From the NCBI GenBank assembly GCA_963792585.1, contig CAWBWI010000003.1, positions 768,001-832,000 on the forward strand: a stretch of DNA of 64,000 nt, given 5' to 3'. The stretch is from Candidatus Eiseniibacteriota bacterium. Lineage in GTDB: Bacteria > Eisenbacteria > RBG-16-71-46 > CAIMUX01 > VGJL01. How positions within the stretch are numbered: position 1 is the first letter of the stretch; each line of letters begins with the position of its first letter. Both the position numbers and the translations under genes were made by a program. Below the pieces are notes generated by a model. The model was not told the origin of the DNA and did not search any database. It worked only from the letters and a program-made list of their open reading frames with translations. Positions 20,328 to 28,502 of this stretch are shown piece by piece.

Positions 20328-20366
20328 TCCACCGGGGCATGCCTGCGAGGTGGAGAGCCGTAGTCC

Positions 20367-20747
20367 TTAGCGCTCCCTTTTCCTCGCGAATTTCACGCCG
20401 GGAAAGCCCTCGAAGTCCGCATCCTGAGTCCACAAGGTCGCCCTGTATTTCTGGGATGTGGCCAGGACAATGCTGTCGGCCATGGGCAGCTTCCGCGCGA
20501 CGCTCAGTTGGGCGGCGGCCATCGCGATCGAAGAGGACAGGTCGACGACCGTCCCCTGGTGCATCAAGGCGGATGCTTGCAGGGCGCCTGCCTGACCCGC
20601 CTGCTGGAGCACACGTCTGAACACCTCGAAGATGCAGAGCGTGGGCACGATCAACCGGCTCACATCCTGAATCGGCGGAGCGAAGAAGGCACCGTTCTTC
20701 CCGTCCGCGAAGTACTCGAGCCAGCCGGAGGAGTCGACCAGATTCAT
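20367..20747 (-). CDS. vapC: VapC PIN-domain toxin
   Basis: MNLVDSSGWLEYF, PTLCIFEV, LPMADSIVLAT, LWTQDADF. Confidence 0.92.
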   Translation of the reverse strand: MNLVDSSGWLEYFADGKNGAFFAPPIQDVSRLIVPTLCIFEVFRRVLQQAGQAGALQASALMHQGTVVDLSSSIAMAAAQLSVARKLPMADSIVLATSQKYRATLWTQDADFEGFPGVKFARKRER

Positions 20748-20950
20748 ACCCGGTCGTCTTCGCGATCGACGGTCGTGTCCAGCCCCTTGAGGAAGCCGCG
20801 CATCTCTTTGATCGGACGTACTGGAATCAGCTCGATCCGATCCTCGTAGACCATGGCCTGGATCTTCTGCCCGGGTTTGAGCCTGAGGGCCTCCCGGATC
20901 GCCTTCGGGATGACAACCTGGAACTTCGGCGAGATCGTGACGACGTTCAT
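20744..20950 (-). CDS. AbrB/MazE/SpoVT family antitoxin
   Basis: VTISPKFQVVIPKAIREALRLKPGQ; ATGA overlap with vapC; GGAGGAGG RBS. Confidence 0.92.
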   Translation of the reverse strand: MNVVTISPKFQVVIPKAIREALRLKPGQKIQAMVYEDRIELIPVRPIKEMRGFLKGLDTTVDREDDRV

Positions 20951-20956
20951 CTCCTC

Positions 20957-21014
20957 CTCCATCGATACAATAATCGTATGACGTATATCGTATCGATGGA
21001 GTCATCGTATGTCA
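20957..21014 (-). promoter_or_regulatory. sigma70-type promoter and overlapping inverted-repeat operator of the TA operon
   Basis: Minus strand TTGACA-17-TACGAT; 16-bp inverted repeat with one mismatch at 20957-20972 and 20986-21001. Confidence 0.7.
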
Positions 21015-21030
21015 AACCACCATCGACCGA

Positions 21031-21618
21031 TCACCGGCGCGGCATTCGCTCGACGGTGATCGTGGATTCGGACGATGGGATGCGGGAGTTGACGCGGATC
21101 TCGGCATCCTCGACCTCCTCGATGCGAAGCGGCAGCGGCCAGCCCCCGCCCGGCGGATACAAAGATCGCGGGAAGGCGACGTACACGCTCGTACCCTTCC
21201 AGTCGGGGTAGTTCTTCTCGCACTCCCATCCCGTCGGGATCTTTGCGGGGGTGCGAACGGTGACAAGGCCGCGGTCGGTCTGTCGACCGACCCAGGATTC
21301 GACGGATTGGTACACCTTTCCGTTGTACTTGAGCCCGATGACGGGATCGATCAAGAGTCCCCCGTCCCGCTCCCATCCAATTCCGACGGGAACCCAGACG
21401 AGACTGTCCTGGGTCAGGGCCACCCTTTCGCAAAGGGTGCAGAGGTCCGGATGATCGCGTAGGTAAGCGATCTCGAGGTACATCCGACCAAACACCGATT
21501 CCGTGAGGACAACTTGGACCCGAACATCGTCGATCTGTTTGATGATCCTCTGGATGTCACGCGCATGACTCGTCGGAGCCGCCAAGCTGACGATGAAGAC
21601 CCACAATACCGGCCGCAT
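21031..21618 (-). CDS. Hypothetical secreted protein (195 aa, CxxC)
   Basis: ATG 1 nt after the upstream stop; signal peptide (SHA|R); CTLC motif; no family recognised. Confidence 0.7.
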   Translation of the reverse strand: MRPVLWVFIVSLAAPTSHARDIQRIIKQIDDVRVQVVLTESVFGRMYLEIAYLRDHPDLCTLCERVALTQDSLVWVPVGIGWERDGGLLIDPVIGLKYNGKVYQSVESWVGRQTDRGLVTVRTPAKIPTGWECEKNYPDWKGTSVYVAFPRSLYPPGGGWPLPLRIEEVEDAEIRVNSRIPSSESTITVERMPRR

Positions 21619-21619
21619 G

Positions 21620-21853
21620 TCAGTTGCATTGTGGATCGGTCGGGTACTGACCACAGTACTCCGTCTGATCCAACAACTCCGTGAAGCAGAGAAAGATGCA
21701 CTGCCAGGGCAAGTCGCAGTCGCCGTCCAGGAGGTCGGCGCAGTGTGTGGGCAGCGTCCGGGCTTCGACCCTATCGACGGTGAACGTAGAGATGGGCAAT
21801 CCCAGCAACATCAAGACCAGCAGGGCCAGACTCAGTGACCTGACGCGGAGCAT
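21620..21853 (-). CDS. Small secreted Cys-rich peptide (77 aa precursor, 6 Cys in mature part)
   Basis: AGGGAGG RBS 8 nt before ATG; MLRVRSLSLALLVLMLLGL...VEA|RTLPTHCADLLDGDCDLPWQCIFLCFTELLDQTEYCGQYPTDPQCN. Confidence 0.75.
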   Translation of the reverse strand: MLRVRSLSLALLVLMLLGLPISTFTVDRVEARTLPTHCADLLDGDCDLPWQCIFLCFTELLDQTEYCGQYPTDPQCN

Positions 21854-21917
21854 GGCATGGACCTCCCTTGTGGATTGATGACGACCGTTGGTTTCGTGGG
21901 AGGCACTGGGGTGGGTA

Positions 21918-21934
21918 TGCAATGCCCATGCCAA
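21918..21934 (-). promoter_or_regulatory. sigma54 (-24/-12) promoter
   Basis: Minus strand TTGGCATGGGCATTGCA = GG-N10-GC, matching TGGCAY-N5-TTGCW; ~65 bp upstream of the Cys-rich peptide ATG. Confidence 0.8.
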
Positions 21935-22011
21935 TCGCCAGGCCCTGCGACCCAAGGGGTTATGTGGGAGGGTGAAGTGCGGAGACGTCGCTTTTTCGTC
22001 CAGCGACTGGA

Positions 22012-24315
22012 TCAGCTGTCTAGGCGACCCGCCTTCGGGCGAATCCCAAGCTGCTTCAGGACCCGATAGACGTGCCCTCTGGAGACCCCAAGAACGGTGG
22101 CGACATCTGCTACCCTGCCGTCGCACCTTCGAAGAAGCTCGGAGAGTCTTCTTGGATCCTCGAGAACTAGGGATGGGTCACCGATATCGTCGATCAGGCT
22201 ACATGTTGGCGTCGTCTCTTGTGGTGCCCAGTTGTTGACGATCACACCGTCAGAGGTGAGGGCCGCAAGCCGCAGGATCTCCGACTTGAGTTGGCGCACG
22301 TTGCCCGGCCACTGCGCTCTTTCCATGGCCATGATCGACATCTTGCCCAACCCGGCGAATCCGGGACGGATCGTGCTGCGCGCTTCGTCTGTGAACCGAG
22401 CAATCAACTCCTTGATGTCCGAGCGTCTCTCCCGAAGCGGCGGAAGGACCAGCCGCAGACCGGTCAGTCTAAAGTAGAGGTCCCTGCGGAAGCGGTTGCG
22501 TCGCATTCGCTCCTCGAGATCGACGTGCGTTGCGGCGACGATTCTCACCTGAACCCGCTTGGTCTCGTCGCTTCCCAGCGAGCGAACCTCCCCGGAATCG
22601 AGGAATCGCAGCAAGCGCGCCTGGGAGTCTTCCTTGAGTTCGCCGATTTCATCCAGGAATAGCGTCCCGGCCTCTGCCGCGCGCACGAGACCGGTTCTGC
22701 TCGATACGGCACCGGTGTATGCGCCGCGGGTGTGACCAAAGAGCTCCGCATCCAGTAGGTCATGCGGACAGGTGGCGCAATTGAATGCGACCAGGGGACC
22801 TTGCCCCCAACGCCCCATCCTGTGGATCGCTTGAGCGAGTAGTTCCTTTCCGGTGCCGGTTTCGCCTTGGATCAAGACGGGGATGTTCAGCGAGGAGACT
22901 TGGGAGGCATCGCGCATTACGTCCATGAGCCGCCGGCTGCTGCCGAAGAGGCCATGTCGACGAGCAAGTTCTTGAAGGTGACGTCGGTCGAGGGGGCCGG
23001 ACGAGCCACCCGGAGGAGTGGCCGTGGGGACCGGATGGCTCAGGGGTGTCTCGATGACTCCATCGTCAAGTTCCCCCAGAAGATCCAGAACCCGGTCCCG
23101 TTCAAAGGTCTCGCCAAGCTCCTCGAGAATCGCAAGGGCGGAACGGAGCACCTGCTCTCCGGATTCATCCTTGCCAAGGGACCGTAGCGCCTGCCCCTGA
23201 ACCCGAAGCGCCGTCGCATGCTCGTAGCGATCACCATAGCGCTCTGCGCGCGCGCCGGCATCCTTGGCAAGCTGGAGCGCGTCGCTGACATCACCGAGCG
23301 CGAGAGCGACTTCGGCTTGGCGGCGGAGGACCTCGGGCACGATATCCCCGTCAGGGGCGATCTTGTTGGCAATGTTCAAAGCGCGACGCAATGCTGCGCG
23401 GGCGCGAATATAGTTGTGAGATGCCAGGTGAAGTTCGCCGGTGTATTCGAGAGCGATTGCCGTCCGACGAGGAGACGCCTGGCGCCGGCAAAGCCGGAGT
23501 GACTTGGCGAGATCGAGGCGGGCCTCGTCCGGGCGGTCGAGCCGGACGAGAGCGAGGCCGCGGTCGGCTCGAGCGGTGGCTTCAATCGCGGTGTCCCCAA
23601 TCTCAACGGAGAGGCGGACTGCCTCGCGGAGGGATTCCTCCGCGAACGTCAAGTGGCCGCTCCAAAGCCGTTGAAGGCCGAGGTTCAGCGTGGCCTTGAC
23701 GTACTTCCGCATGGTGCCGAGGCTTCGGTATGTGTCTCTTGCCTGCAAGAGGAGACCATCCGCGCGGGACCAGTGCCCCTCGATGCGGTCGAGGAGGGCG
23801 AGGTCCATTAAAGAGTCGGCTACATCCTCGGTCCATCCGAAGCGAGCGGCCTCATGCGCATTTCGCTCTAGTCGTTGCCTCGCCGATACGAGATCTTTCA
23901 GTCTTGCGCTGCATAGTGCCAGTAGCCCGCGTAGCCTGAGGTCATGAATGTTCTCTACTTGCCGCTCGCAGATCGCGGAGAATCGAGTAAGACATGCTTG
24001 CAGCTCTCCTGCTCCGATTAGCATCTGGGCGTCGACTAGCTGCAATTCGGAGTAGAGGTCACGGGCCGTGGGTTCGGCAACGGTCGAGCGCGCAGCTATT
24101 GCCTCCTCGACGCGCCCTTGTTTGTAGAGGCTAATAACCAAGACGATACTCGCCTCAACACCAACGTCTCCGACCTCGCAGCATGCGTTCCTTGCGTGAT
24201 CCTCCGCGTCTCGAAACGCCCCTGATTGGAGGTACGCTCGAGCCAGGCTCATTGCTCCTGGAACAACGAAGCCGGAGGTGCCTGGTCTCGATGCTGTCGT
24301 GTCTGGACGCTCCAT
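22012..24315 (-). CDS. sigma54-dependent enhancer-binding protein with N-terminal TPR sensor and Fis-type HTH
   Basis: GETGTGKE, NCA, ELFGHTRGAYTGA, TLFLDEIGEL, FRRDLYFRL, PPLRERRSDI, WPGNVRQL, C-terminal HTH; ~400 aa helical TPR-like N-terminus; no receiver or GAF domain. Confidence 0.92.
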   Translation of the reverse strand: MERPDTTASRPGTSGFVVPGAMSLARAYLQSGAFRDAEDHARNACCEVGDVGVEASIVLVISLYKQGRVEEAIAARSTVAEPTARDLYSELQLVDAQMLIGAGELQACLTRFSAICERQVENIHDLRLRGLLALCSARLKDLVSARQRLERNAHEAARFGWTEDVADSLMDLALLDRIEGHWSRADGLLLQARDTYRSLGTMRKYVKATLNLGLQRLWSGHLTFAEESLREAVRLSVEIGDTAIEATARADRGLALVRLDRPDEARLDLAKSLRLCRRQASPRRTAIALEYTGELHLASHNYIRARAALRRALNIANKIAPDGDIVPEVLRRQAEVALALGDVSDALQLAKDAGARAERYGDRYEHATALRVQGQALRSLGKDESGEQVLRSALAILEELGETFERDRVLDLLGELDDGVIETPLSHPVPTATPPGGSSGPLDRRHLQELARRHGLFGSSRRLMDVMRDASQVSSLNIPVLIQGETGTGKELLAQAIHRMGRWGQGPLVAFNCATCPHDLLDAELFGHTRGAYTGAVSSRTGLVRAAEAGTLFLDEIGELKEDSQARLLRFLDSGEVRSLGSDETKRVQVRIVAATHVDLEERMRRNRFRRDLYFRLTGLRLVLPPLRERRSDIKELIARFTDEARSTIRPGFAGLGKMSIMAMERAQWPGNVRQLKSEILRLAALTSDGVIVNNWAPQETTPTCSLIDDIGDPSLVLEDPRRLSELLRRCDGRVADVATVLGVSRGHVYRVLKQLGIRPKAGRLDS

Positions 24316-24351
24316 CCTTACTCGTGCCTATCTAGTTACAGGCCCCTATCC

Positions 24352-24726
24352 TCAAGTGCCGAATCGGCTCACAAACAGGAGGTTTCGAATCCACAAGAAC
24401 GACCACGTCGTAGGAGACGAGCAGACGTCTGCAACCGCGCTTGAACCCGCCTTGGACCACGCGGGCAGTGATGGGTATGAGGATCCACTGTCTGGATCTT
24501 CCAATCGCGTAACGAGACTTGGAGAGGTTCTGGCCACAGTTGGCACCTGTGGTGGCACTAGCTCGTTGGACCATTCATCCCCACCACCATCGGTCTCTTC
24601 TCGCAGGACGGGAGGCGCTTCGCGGCCGAACGTCCATGTCGGCAACGAAGCAACAAGGAACAGGAACAGAATGGCCGGGAGGGCAGCGATCAGGGGGGTA
24701 CGGGCCCTGTCCCGGAGCTTTTTCAT
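24352..24726 (-). CDS. Small exported/membrane hypothetical protein (124 aa), candidate pro-peptide
   Basis: GGAGG RBS; basic N-terminus plus hydrophobic stretch; acidic ETDGGGDEW segment; S/P-rich linker; hydrophobic C-tail; ends 36 nt before the EBP start. Confidence 0.65.
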   Translation of the reverse strand: MKKLRDRARTPLIAALPAILFLFLVASLPTWTFGREAPPVLREETDGGGDEWSNELVPPQVPTVARTSPSLVTRLEDPDSGSSYPSLPAWSKAGSSAVADVCSSPTTWSFLWIRNLLFVSRFGT

Positions 24727-24798
24727 AGGGAGGCAACCTCCGTGCGGCCCTGAACTGGGAGCAGGCCACATGGGAACAACCCCATTTCGACGGAACCA

Positions 24799-24827
24799 AA
24801 CATACTGGACCCCCTTCGCTCTGTCAA
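24799..24827 (-). promoter_or_regulatory. sigma70-type promoter for the pro-peptide/EBP operon
   Basis: Minus strand TTGACA-17 nt-TATGTT. Confidence 0.6.
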
Positions 24828-25073
24828 TTCCCTTAATAGGCAACGGCGACTCGGAGCCGAAGAGACGCCATTATACGGATCGGCATACTCGAGAGGCGGG
24901 CGCATGAGCCGATGCGGGTTCCCGGCAGCGATTGGATAGGCTGTTTCAAGAGATTCAAGAATCTGGTGGTTGGATCATCTGCGACGTTGCCATGGCTTCG
25001 GGTAGGTGGGCCTTCGTAGTGGGGGAGTCCGATTCGTAGTAGCTAATCCGGCAGCGCTGTCTTCGGGTCAGGC

Positions 25074-25224
25074 TCAGGACCTCCTCGCGACCCCCATCCC
25101 CAGGAGCCTCCCCCGCAACTCATCCACCGTCGGCATCGCCCGCACGAAGTCGAGGATGCGGATCCCGGTGGTGACGGCGCGGACGTGGTTATCAGGTTCG
25201 CCCGCCCGGAGATGGTGCTCGAGC
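25074..25224 (-). pseudogene. Displaced 3' fragment of the patatin gene
   Basis: Translates LEHHLRAGEPDNHVRAVTTGIRILDFVRAMPTVDELRGRLLGMGVARRS*, matching 26278-26449 with a 21-bp in-frame deletion. Confidence 0.85.
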
Positions 25225-25452
25225 CGCAGCCGCGACACTTGTCGGATCTACCTCATCGATAACCTCTTCATTGCCATCCAAGAAGCCCTCCCTGGACAGG
25301 AGGATCCCCGAATGGCGAGCGCTATCGATGGTGTTCGGAGTGGCCGGAATCACCGTTCGGGATGGTTCGGAGACCACATAGAGACGAAATCGCCCGGCGG
25401 CCCCCGAAAGCCTCCTAGGGGAGGTCCGAGCCTCTCTTGATGTCCGAAATAC

Positions 25453-25526
25453 TTGACATCGAATCTCGGGTCCCCTACCGTCGCGATGTATGAATTATTT
25501 GTCATAAAGTACGGTATACATGACAC
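25453..25526 (+). promoter_or_regulatory. Putative sigma70 promoter and operator palindrome for the membrane protein-HTH pair
   Basis: TTGACA-17-TACCGT followed by AT-rich TGTCAT...ATGACA inverted repeat (25500-25525). Confidence 0.5.
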
Positions 25527-25545
25527 AGAGATAGAGGAGGACGCG

Positions 25546-25959
25546 ATGAACCTGTCGTTTCGGGAGAAGAGCCTCTGGCTGTTGTTCGTCAGCCTGATTG
25601 TGGTTCTCGGTTTCTACTTCGTGAGGGTCCTGCCTTCGAATGCGATGAACGTGAGGCCCGATCAGGTGGCGATGTTCGTGATGGTCACTGTGGCGCTGGT
25701 GATCGTGCAGATCGTCGGACACGTCGTGATCGCAATCGTGGACCGGCGCTCGGAGACGGACGAGCGGGATCGGCTGATCGAGCTGAAAGGCACGCGCAAT
25801 GGAGGTTACGTCCTGGCGACAGGTGTCTTCCTGGCGCTTTGCGCGGCGCTGCTGACGAAGGGCAACTTCGTATTCACGCACGTGCTGCTGGGGTTCTGGG
25901 CGCTGGCGCAGTTAGTGGAGGTGGGGTCCCAACTCCTGCTCCACCGGCGTGGAGCGTGA
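25546..25959 (+). CDS. DUF2178-like small membrane protein
   Basis: MSFREK-like start, four TM segments, TDERDRLIELKG motif; adjacent to an XRE HTH gene. Confidence 0.75.
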   Translation: MNLSFREKSLWLLFVSLIVVLGFYFVRVLPSNAMNVRPDQVAMFVMVTVALVIVQIVGHVVIAIVDRRSETDERDRLIELKGTRNGGYVLATGVFLALCAALLTKGNFVFTHVLLGFWALAQLVEVGSQLLLHRRGA

Positions 25960-25962
25960 GGG

Positions 25963-26184
25963 ATGGGCAAGAGCGGCGGTCGCATCACGAACGAAATCCG
26001 GACCCTCCGCTTTCATCAGAGCGAGATGACGCAGCAGGAGCTTGCGGACCGGGTCGGTGTCACACGCCAGACGGTGAACGCGATCGAGGGGAACAAGTAC
26101 TCGCCCTCGCTGGAGGTCGCGTTCCGGATCGCGCGGGTGTTCAGCGTCCCGCTGGAGCGGGTCTTCCAGTACCGGGAGCCATGA
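25963..26184 (+). CDS. XRE/Cro family HTH regulator
   Basis: MTQQELADRVGVTRQTVNAIEGNKYSPSLEVAFRIARVF. Confidence 0.93.
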   Translation: MGKSGGRITNEIRTLRFHQSEMTQQELADRVGVTRQTVNAIEGNKYSPSLEVAFRIARVFSVPLERVFQYREP

Positions 26185-26277
26185 CGGATGCCCGGAGCGA
26201 GCGGTTGGTGAGTGTCGCATCGCAAGAGGATGGAACCCCCGGCGGCCAATCCAGCGGTGAGCCGGGGATCGAGGGCA

Positions 26278-27153
26278 TCAGGATTCTCTCGCCAGCCCCA
26301 TCTCCACCAGCCTCTCCCGCAACTCCTCCACCGCAGGCATCGCCTGCGCGAAGATCTCCTCCGCCCGGGCGAAGTCGAGGATGCGGATCCCGGTGGTGAG
26401 GGCGCGGACGTGGATATCGGGCTCGCCCGCCCGGAGATGGTGCGCGAGCGCATCGCGCTGCATCATGTCGAATGCCCCGAGGACCGAGTCGATCACGTTG
26501 GGCAGATCGGTTCGGCCGGGCTCGGGCGCGCGGCCGACGTCGACGGCAATCGTCACGTCGCAACGGCCCTTCAGGTGACTGAAGGGCATCACGTTCACCA
26601 GCCCTCCGTCCACGAGCACCCGGCCATCCAGCGCCAACGGCGGGAACACCGCCGGGATTGAGATGCTGGCCCGGATCGCGGCCATGAGCGGCCCGCGATC
26701 GAGCACGACCTCTTCGCCCGTCCAGAAGTCAGTGGCCACCGCGATGAGGGGAATCTCCAGCTCCTCGAAGCGCTCCTTCGTGATACCGCCGAGCAACTGC
26801 CGGAGGAATCGATCCGGTTTGATCATCCCGCCGTGCTTCAGGTCGGGCACGAGCGGGCCGACCCACTTCAGGAAATCCGTCTGCTTCTTGAGCCGCGCGC
26901 GCCGTCCCTCGGCATGCGATATCAGGTGCCGCTCGACCAGATCGTGGATCTGCCTGCCGCTCATGCCGGAGGCGTAGAGCGCGCCGATCAGGGCGCCCAT
27001 GCTGGTCCCTGCGATCACACATGGCTTGAGGCCAAGTTCGTCAAGCAGCTCGAGCACCAGTACGTGCGCCAGCCCGCGCGCCCCGCCCCCGCCCAAGGCG
27101 AGCCCGATTCGAGGCCTGCCGCCTCCCGGTGCGTCTGGCGGTGTCGTTGACAT
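26278..27153 (-). CDS. Patatin-like phospholipase
   Basis: LALGGGGARGLAH, GTSMG, ASISIP, LVDGG. Confidence 0.93.
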   Translation of the reverse strand: MSTTPPDAPGGGRPRIGLALGGGGARGLAHVLVLELLDELGLKPCVIAGTSMGALIGALYASGMSGRQIHDLVERHLISHAEGRRARLKKQTDFLKWVGPLVPDLKHGGMIKPDRFLRQLLGGITKERFEELEIPLIAVATDFWTGEEVVLDRGPLMAAIRASISIPAVFPPLALDGRVLVDGGLVNVMPFSHLKGRCDVTIAVDVGRAPEPGRTDLPNVIDSVLGAFDMMQRDALAHHLRAGEPDIHVRALTTGIRILDFARAEEIFAQAMPAVEELRERLVEMGLARES

Positions 27154-27156
27154 CGG

Positions 27157-27290
27157 CTACGGCCTCATGAGGAGTTTGGTGGTCAACGTCCGTGTCGGCG
27201 TTTCGACACGCACAAAGTAGACGCCGGCCGACCGTCGCCGGCCGCGGTCATCGAACCCGGATCCGGGCGACCATGCGAATCTCTCCTGGA
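27157..27290 (-). pseudogene. Orphan C-terminal remnant of an FlgD/T9SS-type-A sorting domain gene
   Basis: ...FAWSPGSGFDDRGRRRSAGVYFVRVETPTRTLTTKLLMRP* resembles the C-termini at 36887, 54071 and 60556; no upstream gene body. Confidence 0.6.
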
Positions 27291-27365
27291 CATTGACACC
27301 GCGATGAGAACTGACGGCGGATCGTCGCGCGATGAGAATACCACACGAAGCTCGATTGCCGGGAG

Positions 27366-27600
27366 ACCGGGCGAGCGGAGGGTGTTTGCCGTAGCGAGCT
27401 GCGCGCCCGCGAGCGCGGTCCAGGAACGTGGCGCCGCAGGCGACACGTTCCGATAGCGCGCGAGCCAGCGCCGAGCGGAGGCAAGCACCCGTAGGCGATG
27501 CCCGGTCGACCGAGTGTGGCGCCGCAGGCGACACGTTCCGATAGCGCGCGAGCCAGCGCCGAGCGCAGGCAAGCACGCGCAGGCGAGGCCCGATCGACCG
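27366..27600 (-). repeat. REP-like element copy B (27366-27497) plus tandem partial copy C (27516-27600)
   Basis: Inverted relative to 20196-20327; about 85 bp of it is duplicated in tandem. Confidence 0.9.
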
Positions 27601-27646
27601 GCAGGAGAGAAGGAGTGAAGGTGAGGACGCGCGACCCTCGAGCGGC

Positions 27647-28495
27647 CTACGGCACCCCGGCCCCGGGATCGCTCTGCGCGTCGGCCATCTCGCGCACGCG
27701 GATCCGCAGGAAGGGGATCGACGACTCGCGCTTCACCGGGTCGGGCAGCGGGACGCCGTCGATCGAGGCGACGGGCGCGAGCCCGATGCGACTGCTCGTG
27801 ATGAAAACCTCGGCCGTCCCGCGCACCTCATCCGGCGCGACCGGCCGCTCGGCCACCACGTAGCCCAGGTCCCTCGCCGCCAGCAGGACCGCCTCGCGCA
27901 CCACGCCGGGAAACGCCCCCTCCTCGAGCGACGGCGTCACCACAACGCCCTCGTGGACGAAAAACAGGTTGGCCGTCGCCGCGCCCACCACCCGCCCGAA
28001 CGTGTTGAGCACGAACGACTCGTCGGCGCCCGCGCGGCGCGCCTCGGCGCGCGCCGTCAACGGCTCCAGATAGCTCAGCGTCTTGTGCCGCACCAGCGGC
28101 GAGCGCTCGTTGCGCGGAAACGAGCAGGTCTTGAGACGGAATCCCTGGGTCATCGGTCGCGGGTCGAAGCCGATGAACGGCTCGGGGACGATCAGGACCA
28201 CCGCCGGATTCTTGTCCCCCGCGCGTGCCGCCACCAGGCGCAGGATCAGGTCGGGATCCCCGCTGGCCGTGACGACCTGGCGCAGGGCGGCGCACGTCTG
28301 CCGCTCGTCCCACGGGAAGGGAATGTCGAGCGCCACGGCGGATTGGACCAGCCGCAAGACGTGGGCGCGGGCGAATTCGATCTTCCCCTCGCGAACGCGC
28401 ATCGTCTCGAAGACGCCGTCCCCCCGGAGAAAGCCGTGGGTCAGGAGCGACGTGGAGGCGTCGTCGAGCAGGCGGCCGTTTACGGAGACCTTCAT
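27647..28495 (-). CDS. Class IV PLP-dependent aminotransferase (IlvE/PabC-like)
   Basis: HGFLRGDGVFETMR, RHKTLSY, ANLFFV, GVVR, EVFITSS. Confidence 0.88.
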   Translation of the reverse strand: MKVSVNGRLLDDASTSLLTHGFLRGDGVFETMRVREGKIEFARAHVLRLVQSAVALDIPFPWDERQTCAALRQVVTASGDPDLILRLVAARAGDKNPAVVLIVPEPFIGFDPRPMTQGFRLKTCSFPRNERSPLVRHKTLSYLEPLTARAEARRAGADESFVLNTFGRVVGAATANLFFVHEGVVVTPSLEEGAFPGVVREAVLLAARDLGYVVAERPVAPDEVRGTAEVFITSSRIGLAPVASIDGVPLPDPVKRESSIPFLRIRVREMADAQSDPGAGVP

Positions 28496-28502
28496 CGCCG
28501 TT

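Noticed and set aside
21620..21660. CP12-like C-x8-C motif (YCGQYPTDPQC) in the Cys-rich peptide
   Set aside because: The peptide has a signal sequence and lacks the CP12 AWD.VEEL core; the spacing match is probably coincidental.
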